Origin: a bacterium
Lineage (GTDB): Bacteria; Patescibacteriota; Microgenomatia; UBA10105; UBA927
Length of the DNA: 54,288 bases
Assembly (NCBI GenBank): GCA_021817785.1
Contig: JAKAFY010000008.1
Span: 1 to 54,288 of the forward strand
Direction of reading: 5' to 3'
Positions 1 to 8,774 of the stretch are shown one piece after another. Numbering within the stretch: the stretch's first letter is position 1; every line of letters begins with the position of its first letter. A model generated the notes under the pieces. It worked only from the letters and a program-made list of their open reading frames with translations, had not been told where the DNA came from and ran no database searches. The position numbers and the translations under genes were made by a program.

Positions 1-1790
1 CGGGGAAAAAGCCGCCGGAACCGCGCCATGACGCGCGAACGCATGTCTACCCGGCGTATGGGCACAGCAGTCTGCCCGAAAAATAATCGCCATACCACGA
101 GCGCTCTTCCTAGATCTTCAGGAACCACGATATCCGCATGTGTTGTATCTGCTGGCGGTGTATATTCCACGGAAGCTTTGGAGGCTGAAACGGGTCCGCG
201 GGGCCGATCAGTATTCGTATGCATCAGCGGTCTAATCAATTCCGCTAGACGGTCCCGGACGACATGCACGAATCGTTGTAGTGCTTCTTTAGCGCGCATG
301 GGATTTAAGCGCTTTTTGTCAGACGCCATAACCGCGGCGCTTTCCGGCATCCCGTCAGGAGAGGCGGGTTGTTTTGCAATGGTTGGTTTCCCCAAAAATA
401 CCTGCAAGAGCCGCTTTCCCACAAACGTGCGCATATGTTCAAACCGCGCATGTAATACCTCCGTAAATACGTGGCGGGATACTGATTCCTGCGGCGGAGC
501 GGGAGCTGCGGATAGTTCCGTGTCCGTTTGACGCTCCAGCAGAGCGAACCAATACAGCGCCGCATGCGCCCCTGACGGAATCGCATCGTGGTACCGCACG
601 ATGGTTTGGGAAATAAACCATTCTGCCATCGCGTTCCGGATCGTGCTCTCGGGCGAGTCGGTCGTATACCTGTCTGTGGCAGGCGGTATCGTGTCCCGTT
701 TTGTTATGACCGCATGAATCTTTCCGTCTTTCGGTAAATGGATATGAGGATTATCCGCGTGCTGTTGGCGGCTCACGTGTTTCTCTTTTATATTGTTCGT
801 TTCGTGGTCGGTAAATACACGCAGTTTTTCTACAATAGTCTCGTGAAGGAATTTCCCGGCTTCTGTCATGGAAATCAATGGATCGTGTATCAGAAAATTC
901 TGGTGTCCGGACTCGGGGTGCGTATTGAACGGTGCAGACTCCCGCACATATTCCTGTTGCATGACAAATCCCGTCGCTACCACGCGGATACTTTGTTCGT
1001 TTACGCGGCCGTATTCCACCAAAAATGAAGCATACGACTGTTCTTCCCGTTGATCATGCTGCACGGATATTTCATGTAACTCGGCGATGTGCCGTATCAG
1101 CTGCTCACTTTCCTGATAGGTAAAATCCCGTCCGGTGGCAGCAAACAGATCAACCTGTTTTGAGGTAACATCACCATCGGCATTTTTTTCCCAAACCTGG
1201 ACATACCGGACAGCATCGGGATGGGAAAGCACGCTCACAAATCCCGTCGCTTCTCCACGCACGAACGCATCCTGCATGTTCATCTGCGCCCGTTCTTCCT
1301 GCGGATTGTACGCATCAGGATTCCCGACATAGGCCGCGTATTCCCGTGTGTGTTCCCACAATTCCCGGAGCGTAATCAGCCGGTCTCCGTATTGGGTCGC
1401 CAGCTCCGTCGTGCCATCCGCGGTTTCTACGGGTATCCAGTGCACAACCGTTTCCTCATGATGAGATTCTCTTTTTTCATACGAAAGATCCTGGGCAAGC
1501 CGTTTCGTAAATCGTTCCCGGGCTTCAGTCTGTATTTTTTCCGCACCCCAATCCGGATGTTCTTTGACAATCTCCGGCTCTATAAAATGTGTAAGTGAAT
1601 ACGAAGCGGCATCGGAGCTGAATGAGTGATCGCCGCGCCACACGGGCGTATCTGATTCATCCACTGCGTCACGTATGACCGGAATCCCCCGGGCGATCAT
1701 CCGCTCCTGGTAACGAGTTGCTGTGGCATCCCGGGATACCGTGGGTCTGTATCGCTCAAAACGGTCGGTGATGGGTGCTGGCTTTTCCAT
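1..1790 (-). CDS. hypothetical protein, C-terminus runs off the window edge (at least 596 aa)
   Basis: Absent from the ORF track because there is no stop inside the window. Reading the reverse complement from ATG at 1790..1788 gives MEKPAPITDRFERYRPTVSRDATATRYQERMIARGIPV... I translated 1441..1790 codon by codon and the rest more coarsely and met no stop. All track ORFs in 1..1800 are short and in other frames. No family recognised. Confidence 0.55.
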   Translation of the reverse strand, partial: MEKPAPITDRFERYRPTVSRDATATRYQERMIARGIPVIRDAVDESDTPVWRGDHSFSSDAASYSLTHFIEPEIVKEHPDWGAEKIQTEARERFTKRLAQDLSYEKRESHHEETVVHWIPVETADGTTELATQYGDRLITLRELWEHTREYAAYVGNPDAYNPQEERAQMNMQDAFVRGEATGFVSVLSHPDAVRYVQVWEKNADGDVTSKQVDLFAATGRDFTYQESEQLIRHIAELHEISVQHDQREEQSYASFLVEYGRVNEQSIRVVATGFVMQQEYVRESAPFNTHPESGHQNFLIHDPLISMTEAGKFLHETIVEKLRVFTDHETNNIKEKHVSRQQHADNPHIHLPKDGKIHAVITKRDTIPPATDRYTTDSPESTIRNAMAEWFISQTIVRYHDAIPSGAHAALYWFALLERQTDTELSAAPAPPQESVSRHVFTEVLHARFEHMRTFVGKRLLQVFLGKPTIAKQPASPDGMPESAAVMASDKKRLNPMRAKEALQRFVHVVRDRLAELIRPLMHTNTDRPRGPVSASKASVEYTPPADTTHADIVVPEDLGRALVVWRLFFGQTAVPIRRVDMRSRVMARFRRLFP

Positions 1791-1908
1791 AAAAAAACCT
1801 CTTCGTTCCCGAAGAGGTCATTCGTTCTATCGTATATACACACAATCCGGCTCTACGCCTGTGACGTGTGAACGATGTTCCTACGAACTAACGCACCTGC
1901 TCGGGATT

Positions 1909-2005
1909 TACCCGAACAAATTTTTGTAAAAAAATTTGCACGGGTGAGTAGAGAAGAGTTCCGGACTGTACCCGAACAAATTTTTGTAAAAAAATTTGCA
2001 CGGGT
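1909..2005. repeat. two direct copies (1909..1945 and 1969..2005, 60-bp period) of a 37-bp imperfect palindrome TACCCGAACAAATTTTTGTAAAAAAATTTGCACGGGT
   Basis: The two copies are identical by direct reading. Each has arms ACCCGAACAAATTTTT / AAAAATTTGCACGGGT that are complementary except for a 2-nt mismatch. The repeat lies between the pduO-like stop (2069) and the start of the edge ORF (1790). Confidence 0.9.
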
Positions 2006-2068
2006 TTACCGTTGCGGCACAGTTCCCGATTCACACGGGATTCCTCCTGTCTCTTTGCTGGTACACTT

Positions 2069-2620
2069 TTACTGCTTTTTTCCGTTGCGGTCAATACCGC
2101 TCCAAAGGATCTCTGTTATTCCTTCTTCTTTATTGACAAATCGCGCAAGCATAAACAGCAGGTCGGATAACCGATTGAGGTATGTCAGGATTTCTTTGTC
2201 GACATTGTTTTTCTGATTATACGCTACGGTTTGCCGTTCGACCCTGCGGCAGACAGCCCGAGCCAAATGAATTTCTGAAGCAAGGCGCACGCCGCCGGGG
2301 AGGATGAAATTCCGGAGTGCCGGAAGGTCTTCCTCCAGCAAATCAATGCGCGCCTCCATTTCCTTCACCCGGGCCGGTAAGGCGGATACATCCGTCGACC
2401 AACCCGCCAGGTGACTTCCTATGGTAAACAGGTCAGATTGTATGGAAGCCAAAAATCCCCGAACGTCTGCCGATTCCATCTCCGAAGCAATGAGTCCGAT
2501 CCAGGAATTCAGCTCATCGATGGATCCGTAGACATCCACGAGTTCTTCGCATTTCAACACGCGTTTTCCGCCAAAGAGTGATGTGGAGCCGGTATCACCG
2601 GTGCGGGTATAAATCGGCAT
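2069..2620 (-). CDS. pduO: ATP:cob(I)alamin adenosyltransferase, PduO type
   Basis: 183 aa. The N-terminus MPIYTRTGDTGSTSLFGG...VYGSIDELNSWIG and the length are typical of the PduO/MMAB-type adenosyltransferase family. It sits 14 nt downstream of nrdJ on the same strand. Confidence 0.85.
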   Translation of the reverse strand: MPIYTRTGDTGSTSLFGGKRVLKCEELVDVYGSIDELNSWIGLIASEMESADVRGFLASIQSDLFTIGSHLAGWSTDVSALPARVKEMEARIDLLEEDLPALRNFILPGGVRLASEIHLARAVCRRVERQTVAYNQKNNVDKEILTYLNRLSDLLFMLARFVNKEEGITEILWSGIDRNGKKQ

Positions 2621-2634
2621 ATACTATATATATT

Positions 2635-5067
2635 CTAACACTCGGAGTATCCGCAGCTATAACATTTCTTGCACGACTCTTCGAACACCAGACTCCCCTC
2701 CCCGCAACTCGGGCAGAGATCCACTGTTACCATCCGGCGCGCCGTAGCAAATACCGGCTGAGGCTGGATAGAGACGGGCGCCTCGGCAGCCACCGGCGCC
2801 GTATGACCGTTGGTGACGGACATCGTTGCATGTCCGTTTCCATTGGTGGCCAGGCCGACCGTGGTCATGCCGTCCCCCGCTCCGGCTACTACAGCGTGGT
2901 TGCGTTGTTTAAAAAATCCGAAATGCCGGTCTATGGCTTTGGCGATTGCATCCGGCAAACTCCGTACACGGTTCTCACCGAAGCCCAAACTTCTGGCTCC
3001 TCCGATCCCGATCAGTTCCGCCGCCACTTTATGGATGCGTTCCGTCGGAGTCACCGGTGAGGAAATCCGCAATACCAGAGAAATCAGTCTTCCGAGCGCT
3101 TCCGCCATTGCGGTGACATCGCTTCCCGCTTTGCCGACGTTCACGAACAACTCATGCGGGTGTCCGCCGCCATTGGTGTTGATCGTGATATATGCCTGCC
3201 CCATCGGCGTTTCCATCTGATACGTCGACCCATGTACGACCGCCGGACGCGGCTTCACTTCGGGAGCGGCTATCTGTGTGACTACCGGCTTTGGAGCTTC
3301 CTCTTTCCTCACCAATACACCCTCCCTGCTTCCCTCGCGCATGTATGCTATCCCTTTGCACCCCAAATCGTAGGCGAGCGTATACAGGCGTTTCACATCC
3401 TCTACGGTATGGGTGCGGGGAGCGTTCACCGTTTTGCTTATCGATGCATCCACATACTGCTGGATGGTTGCCTGTACCCGCACGTGATCTTCCGGGGAAA
3501 GGTCGTTGGCGGACACAAAATATGCCGGACGTTCTTCCTTCGTGGGTTCCCGCCCGTGTTGTTCTTTGAATGCGAGGAACCATGCATCGTATAACGGGTG
3601 GCGGATAGTATGTTCTCCCAGGCGGTCCCGGCGTAAAAATTCAAATTCATATACCGGCTCTATGCCGCTGGACACTCCTGCCATAAGCGATGTTGATCCG
3701 GTGGGAGCCTGTTGCAATACCATAGAGTTTCGTATGCCATACCGTTTCATCAGTTTTTTGAGCCGGTCCGGCAACTTGCGGATAAAGTATCCTTCGACGT
3801 GCTTTGCTTTATCTATTTTCGGAAACGGGCCTTTTTCCTTTGCGAGATATATGGAAGACTCGTATGCCGCGTCCCGGATCGTCCGGTATATTTTGTCGAT
3901 CACCTTGAGACTTTCTTCCGATCCGTACCGCAGTTTCATTTTGATTAGGGCATCCCCCAATCCCATCGTTCCCAATCCTATACGGCGTTCCCCGTGGAGC
4001 TGCACCTCTTTGATCTGGTCAAAAATATACGTATCCGCGTTGATGATGTCATCCTGAAACCGGACGCCGATTTTGGCAATCCGGGCAAGCCGGTCATAAT
4101 CCATCTCCCCGTTTTCTCCCACAAGGACGGACAGGTTGATAGACGTTAAGTTACACACCCCCCAATTGGGCAATCCTTCCTCGCCGCAGGGATTCACGCA
4201 GTTGACGTATTCGAAATAATTATTATTGAACTGCTTGTTATACCGTTCCATGAACACGACTCCCGGTTCCGCGCTTTTCCATGCGGCCTGGGCAATCAGG
4301 TCCCAAAGTGCCCTGGCCTTTACCGTTTTTTTGACAATCGGCGTTTTCCCCAGTGCGATCCAGTTCGGCAGGTATCCGTCCCATTTTGCATCGTAATCCG
4401 GATCCTTGGGATCCGGGAATTTCAGATCCCAGTCCGCATCGTTTTTGACGGCCGTCATAAAATCATCGGATACGCATACGGAAAGGTTAGCACCGTTAAT
4501 TCGTGCCAGATCCTGCTTGACGGTGATAAATTCTTCGACATCCGGATGCCAGTCCCACAGCATAAGCATGAGTGCCCCCCTACGGCTTCCTCCCTGTTGG
4601 ATGATGTCACGGGTAGCTACGGAAAAAAGTTCTGCCCAGTTACAGGGACCCGAAGAAAATCCGTTTACTTTCTGCACCCTGCTGCCGCGCGGCCGCAAAC
4701 TGGACAAATTGATGCCGACGCCGCCGCCCCGGGACATAATCTCTACCATGTTAGACAGGGTCGACAATATCCCCTGACGGGAATCATGGGGACTGGGGAT
4801 CACAAAACAGTTATAGAACGTTACCTTGTATCCGGTACCCGCTCCCGAAAGGATCCTGCCTCCCGGCACCAACACAAAGTCTTTCATCGCCTGGTAGTAT
4901 TCTTCTTCCCAATGCGCCTGGTCCGCTTTCTTTTCCACCTTTGCGATTGCCCGGGCGACCCGTCTCCACATCTCTTCCGGCGTCTGCTCTACGGCAGCGC
5001 CGCTTTCGCTTTTCAATGCGTATCGATCTAAAAATACTGTGTTGCGGATGCCGGTAAAGTTATCCAT
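2635..5067 (-). CDS. nrdJ: adenosylcobalamin-dependent (class II) ribonucleotide reductase
   Basis: 810 aa. It has the N-terminal FLDRYALK motif, an RNR core (NCFV, CNLTSINL) and a Cys-rich C-terminal tail CPSCGEGSLVFEESCKKCYSCGYSEC. It lies 5 nt downstream of nrdR. Confidence 0.9.
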   Translation of the reverse strand: MDNFTGIRNTVFLDRYALKSESGAAVEQTPEEMWRRVARAIAKVEKKADQAHWEEEYYQAMKDFVLVPGGRILSGAGTGYKVTFYNCFVIPSPHDSRQGILSTLSNMVEIMSRGGGVGINLSSLRPRGSRVQKVNGFSSGPCNWAELFSVATRDIIQQGGSRRGALMLMLWDWHPDVEEFITVKQDLARINGANLSVCVSDDFMTAVKNDADWDLKFPDPKDPDYDAKWDGYLPNWIALGKTPIVKKTVKARALWDLIAQAAWKSAEPGVVFMERYNKQFNNNYFEYVNCVNPCGEEGLPNWGVCNLTSINLSVLVGENGEMDYDRLARIAKIGVRFQDDIINADTYIFDQIKEVQLHGERRIGLGTMGLGDALIKMKLRYGSEESLKVIDKIYRTIRDAAYESSIYLAKEKGPFPKIDKAKHVEGYFIRKLPDRLKKLMKRYGIRNSMVLQQAPTGSTSLMAGVSSGIEPVYEFEFLRRDRLGEHTIRHPLYDAWFLAFKEQHGREPTKEERPAYFVSANDLSPEDHVRVQATIQQYVDASISKTVNAPRTHTVEDVKRLYTLAYDLGCKGIAYMREGSREGVLVRKEEAPKPVVTQIAAPEVKPRPAVVHGSTYQMETPMGQAYITINTNGGGHPHELFVNVGKAGSDVTAMAEALGRLISLVLRISSPVTPTERIHKVAAELIGIGGARSLGFGENRVRSLPDAIAKAIDRHFGFFKQRNHAVVAGAGDGMTTVGLATNGNGHATMSVTNGHTAPVAAEAPVSIQPQPVFATARRMVTVDLCPSCGEGSLVFEESCKKCYSCGYSEC

Positions 5068-5072
5068 ATTAT

Positions 5073-5528
5073 TTATTTCTTTTTTAATAATTTTTTTAAT
5101 TCGCCTTCAAAATCTTCAAGTTCGACGAAATGCCGGAATACACTGGCAAATCGTATATACGCTATCTTGTCTATCTTTTTTAACCGCTTGGCCACCAATT
5201 CTCCTATTTTATTGCTTTTCACCTCTGTCGTATTCCCTCCGATCAGTTCCCGCTCTACCTCATCAACAATCCGTCGCACATCCTCCGCCTTTAACATGGT
5301 TTTTCCGCTTGCCCTCCAGATCCCTCTCGCCAGTTTATCCCGATCGAACGGCTCCCGCCGGACGTCTTTTTTGATGACGGTAATCGGGACGGTTTCTATG
5401 CGTTCGTATGTCGTAAACCGTTTGCCGCATTTTTCACACGTCCTCCGCCTTCGGGTCACGGCCAGATCCTCGCTGTCCCTCGTTTCTATGACTTCTGTAT
5501 CGGTATTCGTGCAGTATGGACACTTCAT
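5073..5528 (-). CDS. nrdR: transcriptional repressor NrdR
   Basis: MKCPYCTNTDTEVIETRDSEDLAVTRRRRTCEKCGKRFTTYE is a zinc ribbon, followed by an ATP-cone. The track ORF begins at TTG 5588. I place the start at ATG 5528 because NrdR proteins begin MxCPxC and the 20-aa extension would overlie the NrdR box and promoter. Confidence 0.9.
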   Translation of the reverse strand: MKCPYCTNTDTEVIETRDSEDLAVTRRRRTCEKCGKRFTTYERIETVPITVIKKDVRREPFDRDKLARGIWRASGKTMLKAEDVRRIVDEVERELIGGNTTEVKSNKIGELVAKRLKKIDKIAYIRFASVFRHFVELEDFEGELKKLLKKK

Positions 5529-5565
5529 TTCTTCTGTATAAACGTTTCTCCCGTGAAAACAAAAG

Positions 5566-5618
5566 GCACTATATATGGTGCCAATCAAAATCCTAAGACA
5601 CTAGCACTAGGGAGTCAA
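5566..5618 (-). promoter_or_regulatory. putative nrdR-nrdJ promoter with two NrdR boxes
   Basis: Box 1 at 5566..5581 is GCACTATATATGGTGC, a near-perfect 16-bp palindrome matching the NrdR-box consensus acaCwAtATaTwGtgt as I recall it. Box 2 at 5598..5613 reads TCCCTAGTGCTAGTGT on the minus strand; one half-site is good and the other degenerate. The centres are 32 bp apart. On the minus strand there is TTGACT (5618..5613), a 17-nt spacer and TAGGAT (5595..5590), so box 2 fills the spacer and box 1 lies just downstream of the -10. Confidence 0.6.
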
Positions 5619-5829
5619 CTAGCAACTTCTATATCAAAATATCCAAATTTTCACGACCAGCCTCAGGACATATTGTTTGAGGGAAAAGTACGGTGAAAAT
5701 ACAGCGCGATATCAGGTTCGTTGCCAAACAACCGTATCGCTGAACATCACCGGTATTCAATCCTGCCGTTGGGATATGCTCGGATATTCCCGGTCAGACA
5801 ATCCGCTTCGGAACATACGGATACAGAAA

Positions 5830-6393
5830 TTATTTTATCCGCCGGAGCAGTTCCTGTACGTTGGTAAACAATCCGTTTAACGCATCGGTCGGCAATCCAA
5901 GACCGGACAATACCTCTTTGTGCTTTTCGAGCGACAGCATCATTTTTTCGATGACAAATGCCGGCGGTGTTTTCCCGACTTTTCCGGCTGTCTCCAGCAT
6001 CGTTACTGCCTTAGTGCGCGCGGCAAGAGCCTCGGACAGGATTTCATGGGCCTCTTCCTTTTTCCCCATTTCCGCGAGACTTATTCCCATGCTGAGTTTT
6101 TTGTCCGCCTGCAATATATAAAACTCCGCTTTATTGACGGGGTTAGATATCAAAAATTCGATGATCCTGTCACGGAAATTCTTCAGAACATAGAGCGGAT
6201 TATCCGGCAACATCCCGGGGTACGGCAGCACGTACTCTACAGGCTTTGGCATCGGTGTGGGTGTCGGCGTGGCAAGAGCTACTGCGACATGCGCGGTCTT
6301 TACCGCATAGACTGTCGTGGCAAATGACGAAACTTCCGGGGCGGAAAGAAATAATATGAGGAATACCCCTATCCATAATATATATCGTTTCAT
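5830..6393 (-). CDS. secreted or membrane-anchored protein, DUF5667-like
   Basis: 187 aa with an N-terminal signal/TM segment MKRYILWIGVFLILFLSAP. The motif LPDNPLYVLKNFRDRI resembles the DUF5667 family common in CPR genomes. AAGGAGG lies 8 nt upstream of the ATG. Confidence 0.5.
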   Translation of the reverse strand: MKRYILWIGVFLILFLSAPEVSSFATTVYAVKTAHVAVALATPTPTPMPKPVEYVLPYPGMLPDNPLYVLKNFRDRIIEFLISNPVNKAEFYILQADKKLSMGISLAEMGKKEEAHEILSEALAARTKAVTMLETAGKVGKTPPAFVIEKMMLSLEKHKEVLSGLGLPTDALNGLFTNVQELLRRIK

Positions 6394-6429
6394 ATGCCGT
6401 TCCTCCTTATAATACTGTGTCCATTGTAC

Positions 6430-6987
6430 TCAATTCCCCGTGTCTTGCAAGACGCGGACTATTGTGTCGGGAGTCATATCAAGCCTGGTACAGATTTCCC
6501 GTTCCAGGGATTTTACCAAAGGGTACGCAGCATCCAATTCGGCGACGGCGCGAGGCGGCAGATGTTCCGCCCGCCATAATGCAAACCGCTCGTCAACCGT
6601 CATGACGGTATGTTTTACCATTTTGTCGGAAAGATACAGCAATTTTTCTTCCCATGTGTTGGGCGCCGTCCCCCTATCGAGTATGGTATGCAATGGATGC
6701 GTTCTGACCAGGTTTGCCACTTCATCATATCCCGCCGCCAAAAGCACCCGGACGGCTGTATCGGGATGCCGTTCTCCGGGTAACTTCGGTATGGATTTGT
6801 CTATGTCGTGCACCAGCGCTGCTGCGGCAAGAAGCGGAATCGCTATCCGTACCGACGTATCTTTACGCATGAGCTCGCGGGCAAACCACACGGCGAGGCG
6901 TGACACCCAAAGACTATGCACGCGCTTTGCTTCGGGCAAATCATAGGTCTCCCACAATTGTTTTGCTTCATGCGCTGTTGGTATCAT
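6430..6987 (-). CDS. HD-domain phosphohydrolase
   Basis: 185 aa with H...HD signature elements (RVHSLWV ... ALVHDIDK). Confidence 0.65.
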   Translation of the reverse strand: MIPTAHEAKQLWETYDLPEAKRVHSLWVSRLAVWFARELMRKDTSVRIAIPLLAAAALVHDIDKSIPKLPGERHPDTAVRVLLAAGYDEVANLVRTHPLHTILDRGTAPNTWEEKLLYLSDKMVKHTVMTVDERFALWRAEHLPPRAVAELDAAYPLVKSLEREICTRLDMTPDTIVRVLQDTGN

Positions 6988-7486
6988 GTTCTGCGTTTTC
7001 CTTCCCCTTTTTTATAGCACATCGCCAGGCTCTCTGCTAATCCGATATATTCACCATACCCGATAGTGAATACGCCGCTGCGGATAAACAACGGGAAAAT
7101 AATCAGGAGTATGCCCAGTGCGGGAGATATCGGTTATTCTGTCTAGGCCGATAACGCTGACCGTCCGCCGGAGTGAATACAAACCGCACGGTCTGGCCTC
7201 ATACAACGGATTTATATTCAATAATCGGATAGAAAATATACTCGATGAAATGGAGCCACCCTATCCTGATGTACGGAATATATACCACTATCACACCCTA
7301 TAATTTATGACCGTATTGCCCGCTTTAGGAGATAACTATAGGGCGCAGCAGGAGAGACAGTGTTCTGAAACCGGATGAGCATATCCTATATAAAATTCCC
7401 TACCCGTACGGCCGCGGAATTCATGCGCTCCGAAAATACGCTATACAAGGGTGAACCATTCAGGGGACGCCAATCCAAAACCAGGG

Positions 7487-8113
7487 TCATTCCATGCTCT
7501 TTGGCTGACCGTTTACCTTGTAATACCCCAGCGCCTGAAGGACTATTTCCAGCGTTTGGCCCGGGCCGTGGGAATAGGTATTGATGATGAGGTCATAATG
7601 CTTGGGATCCCAAAAATCATCCGTATCGTACATGCGTTTCCATTTGGACAAATTCGCTTCCTCCCGGACCCGCAGGTGCTGCTTTGCCTCATCGACCGAT
7701 ACATTATCGCGGTTGACGATGCGGTCGATACGCAGCGAGTCATCACACATCAGAAGCACTTTCAGGACATGGGGAATTTTCCGCGCGTTCCATCCGGCTA
7801 TCCAACTTTCTATCGCCATATGCACCGCGGGGTCGGAAATTTTTTTGCGCATCGCATCGTCTATTTCATGATCGACATTATCTCCGTAATCCGTAGCCAG
7901 ATGGTGGGTACGGTCGCCGGGGTCATGCATCCCGTTTTCTATCGCGTATTTCCGGCTCCACTCTCCCCCGGAAAAAAAATCCCACCCGAGTGGTTCTAAA
8001 TACGGCCGGAGATTTTTAAGCAATGTGGAACGGCCCGCCCCGGGAGGACCCGAAATTGCCAGACTTGCGTACTTTAACGGGGAAGACCGCTTACCGACGT
8101 TGGAATCCGCCAT
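7487..8113 (-). CDS. P-loop kinase, cytidylate-kinase-like (archaeal-type CMP kinase family 2-like)
   Basis: 208 aa with Walker A ISGPPGAGRST. The length and layout resemble small nucleotide kinases. The substrate is not determinable from sequence. Confidence 0.55.
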   Translation of the reverse strand: MADSNVGKRSSPLKYASLAISGPPGAGRSTLLKNLRPYLEPLGWDFFSGGEWSRKYAIENGMHDPGDRTHHLATDYGDNVDHEIDDAMRKKISDPAVHMAIESWIAGWNARKIPHVLKVLLMCDDSLRIDRIVNRDNVSVDEAKQHLRVREEANLSKWKRMYDTDDFWDPKHYDLIINTYSHGPGQTLEIVLQALGYYKVNGQPKSME

Positions 8114-8194
8114 GCACCTATTATAAAGCCGCGCATGTATTCGTCAAGCAAGGTAATTATTGACAATAGGTCATAAATTTCGGCATACTATCGT

Positions 8195-8773
8195 ATGCAA
8201 ATCCGCTACCTTCCGGTCTCCTGGAGCGAATATCACTCACTTTCCCAAAAGGTATCCGCCACGATTTTAGCCCACGATAAACCGTTTGATATTATCGTCG
8301 CTATCGGCCGCGGAGGGCTGACATTCGGCCATCTGTTATCGGATTTTCTCCGTATTCCCATAGCATCCATTACGATCCAAAGCTATACGGACATACAAAA
8401 ACAGGGAGAGGTGGAGATTACCGACGGACTGTCGCGCCGCATAGAAGGCAAACGGGTATTGCTCGTCGATGACATCGCAGACACCGGAAAAACATTGGTC
8501 CGCGCCGTATCCTATCTCAAAGAATTCTCACCCAAGACGGTTACCACCGCCACGTTGTTTTATAAACCGCATTCGACAGTGCGACCGGATTACTTTGCCA
8601 GACAAACGACCAGATGGATCCTGCAACCGTTTGAGGTTACCGAGTGGGTCTATACGTTTACGAAAAAAATGACCGCGGAGGGCAAATCCAAAAAAGAAAT
8701 TCAGACGTTTCTGGAACAATTGGGGTACAACGAACAGCAAATCAAATTCGTCCGCCGCCATCATCTCAAATAA
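8195..8773 (+). CDS. purine phosphoribosyltransferase (hypoxanthine/xanthine-guanine PRT-like)
   Basis: 192 aa with the PRPP-binding motif VLLVDDIADTGKTL. Confidence 0.75.
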   Translation: MQIRYLPVSWSEYHSLSQKVSATILAHDKPFDIIVAIGRGGLTFGHLLSDFLRIPIASITIQSYTDIQKQGEVEITDGLSRRIEGKRVLLVDDIADTGKTLVRAVSYLKEFSPKTVTTATLFYKPHSTVRPDYFARQTTRWILQPFEVTEWVYTFTKKMTAEGKSKKEIQTFLEQLGYNEQQIKFVRRHHLK

Positions 8774-8774
8774 T

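Noticed and set aside
28-1598. Track ORFs 28..531(+), 305..586(-), 738..1028(+), 1221..1598(+) and others.
   Set aside because: They are short and mutually overlapping, and they lie in other frames over the long edge-truncated minus-strand ORF (1..1790). They have a low-complexity, Arg-rich composition.
5529-5588. A 20-codon N-terminal extension of NrdR starting at TTG 5588.
   Set aside because: NrdR proteins begin at the MxCPxC zinc ribbon, and the extension overlaps NrdR box 1.
5589-5829. A possible cobalamin riboswitch upstream of the nrdR-nrdJ operon.
   Set aside because: I saw no B12-box-like element (GCCACTG context). In addition, the region lies upstream of the predicted promoter.
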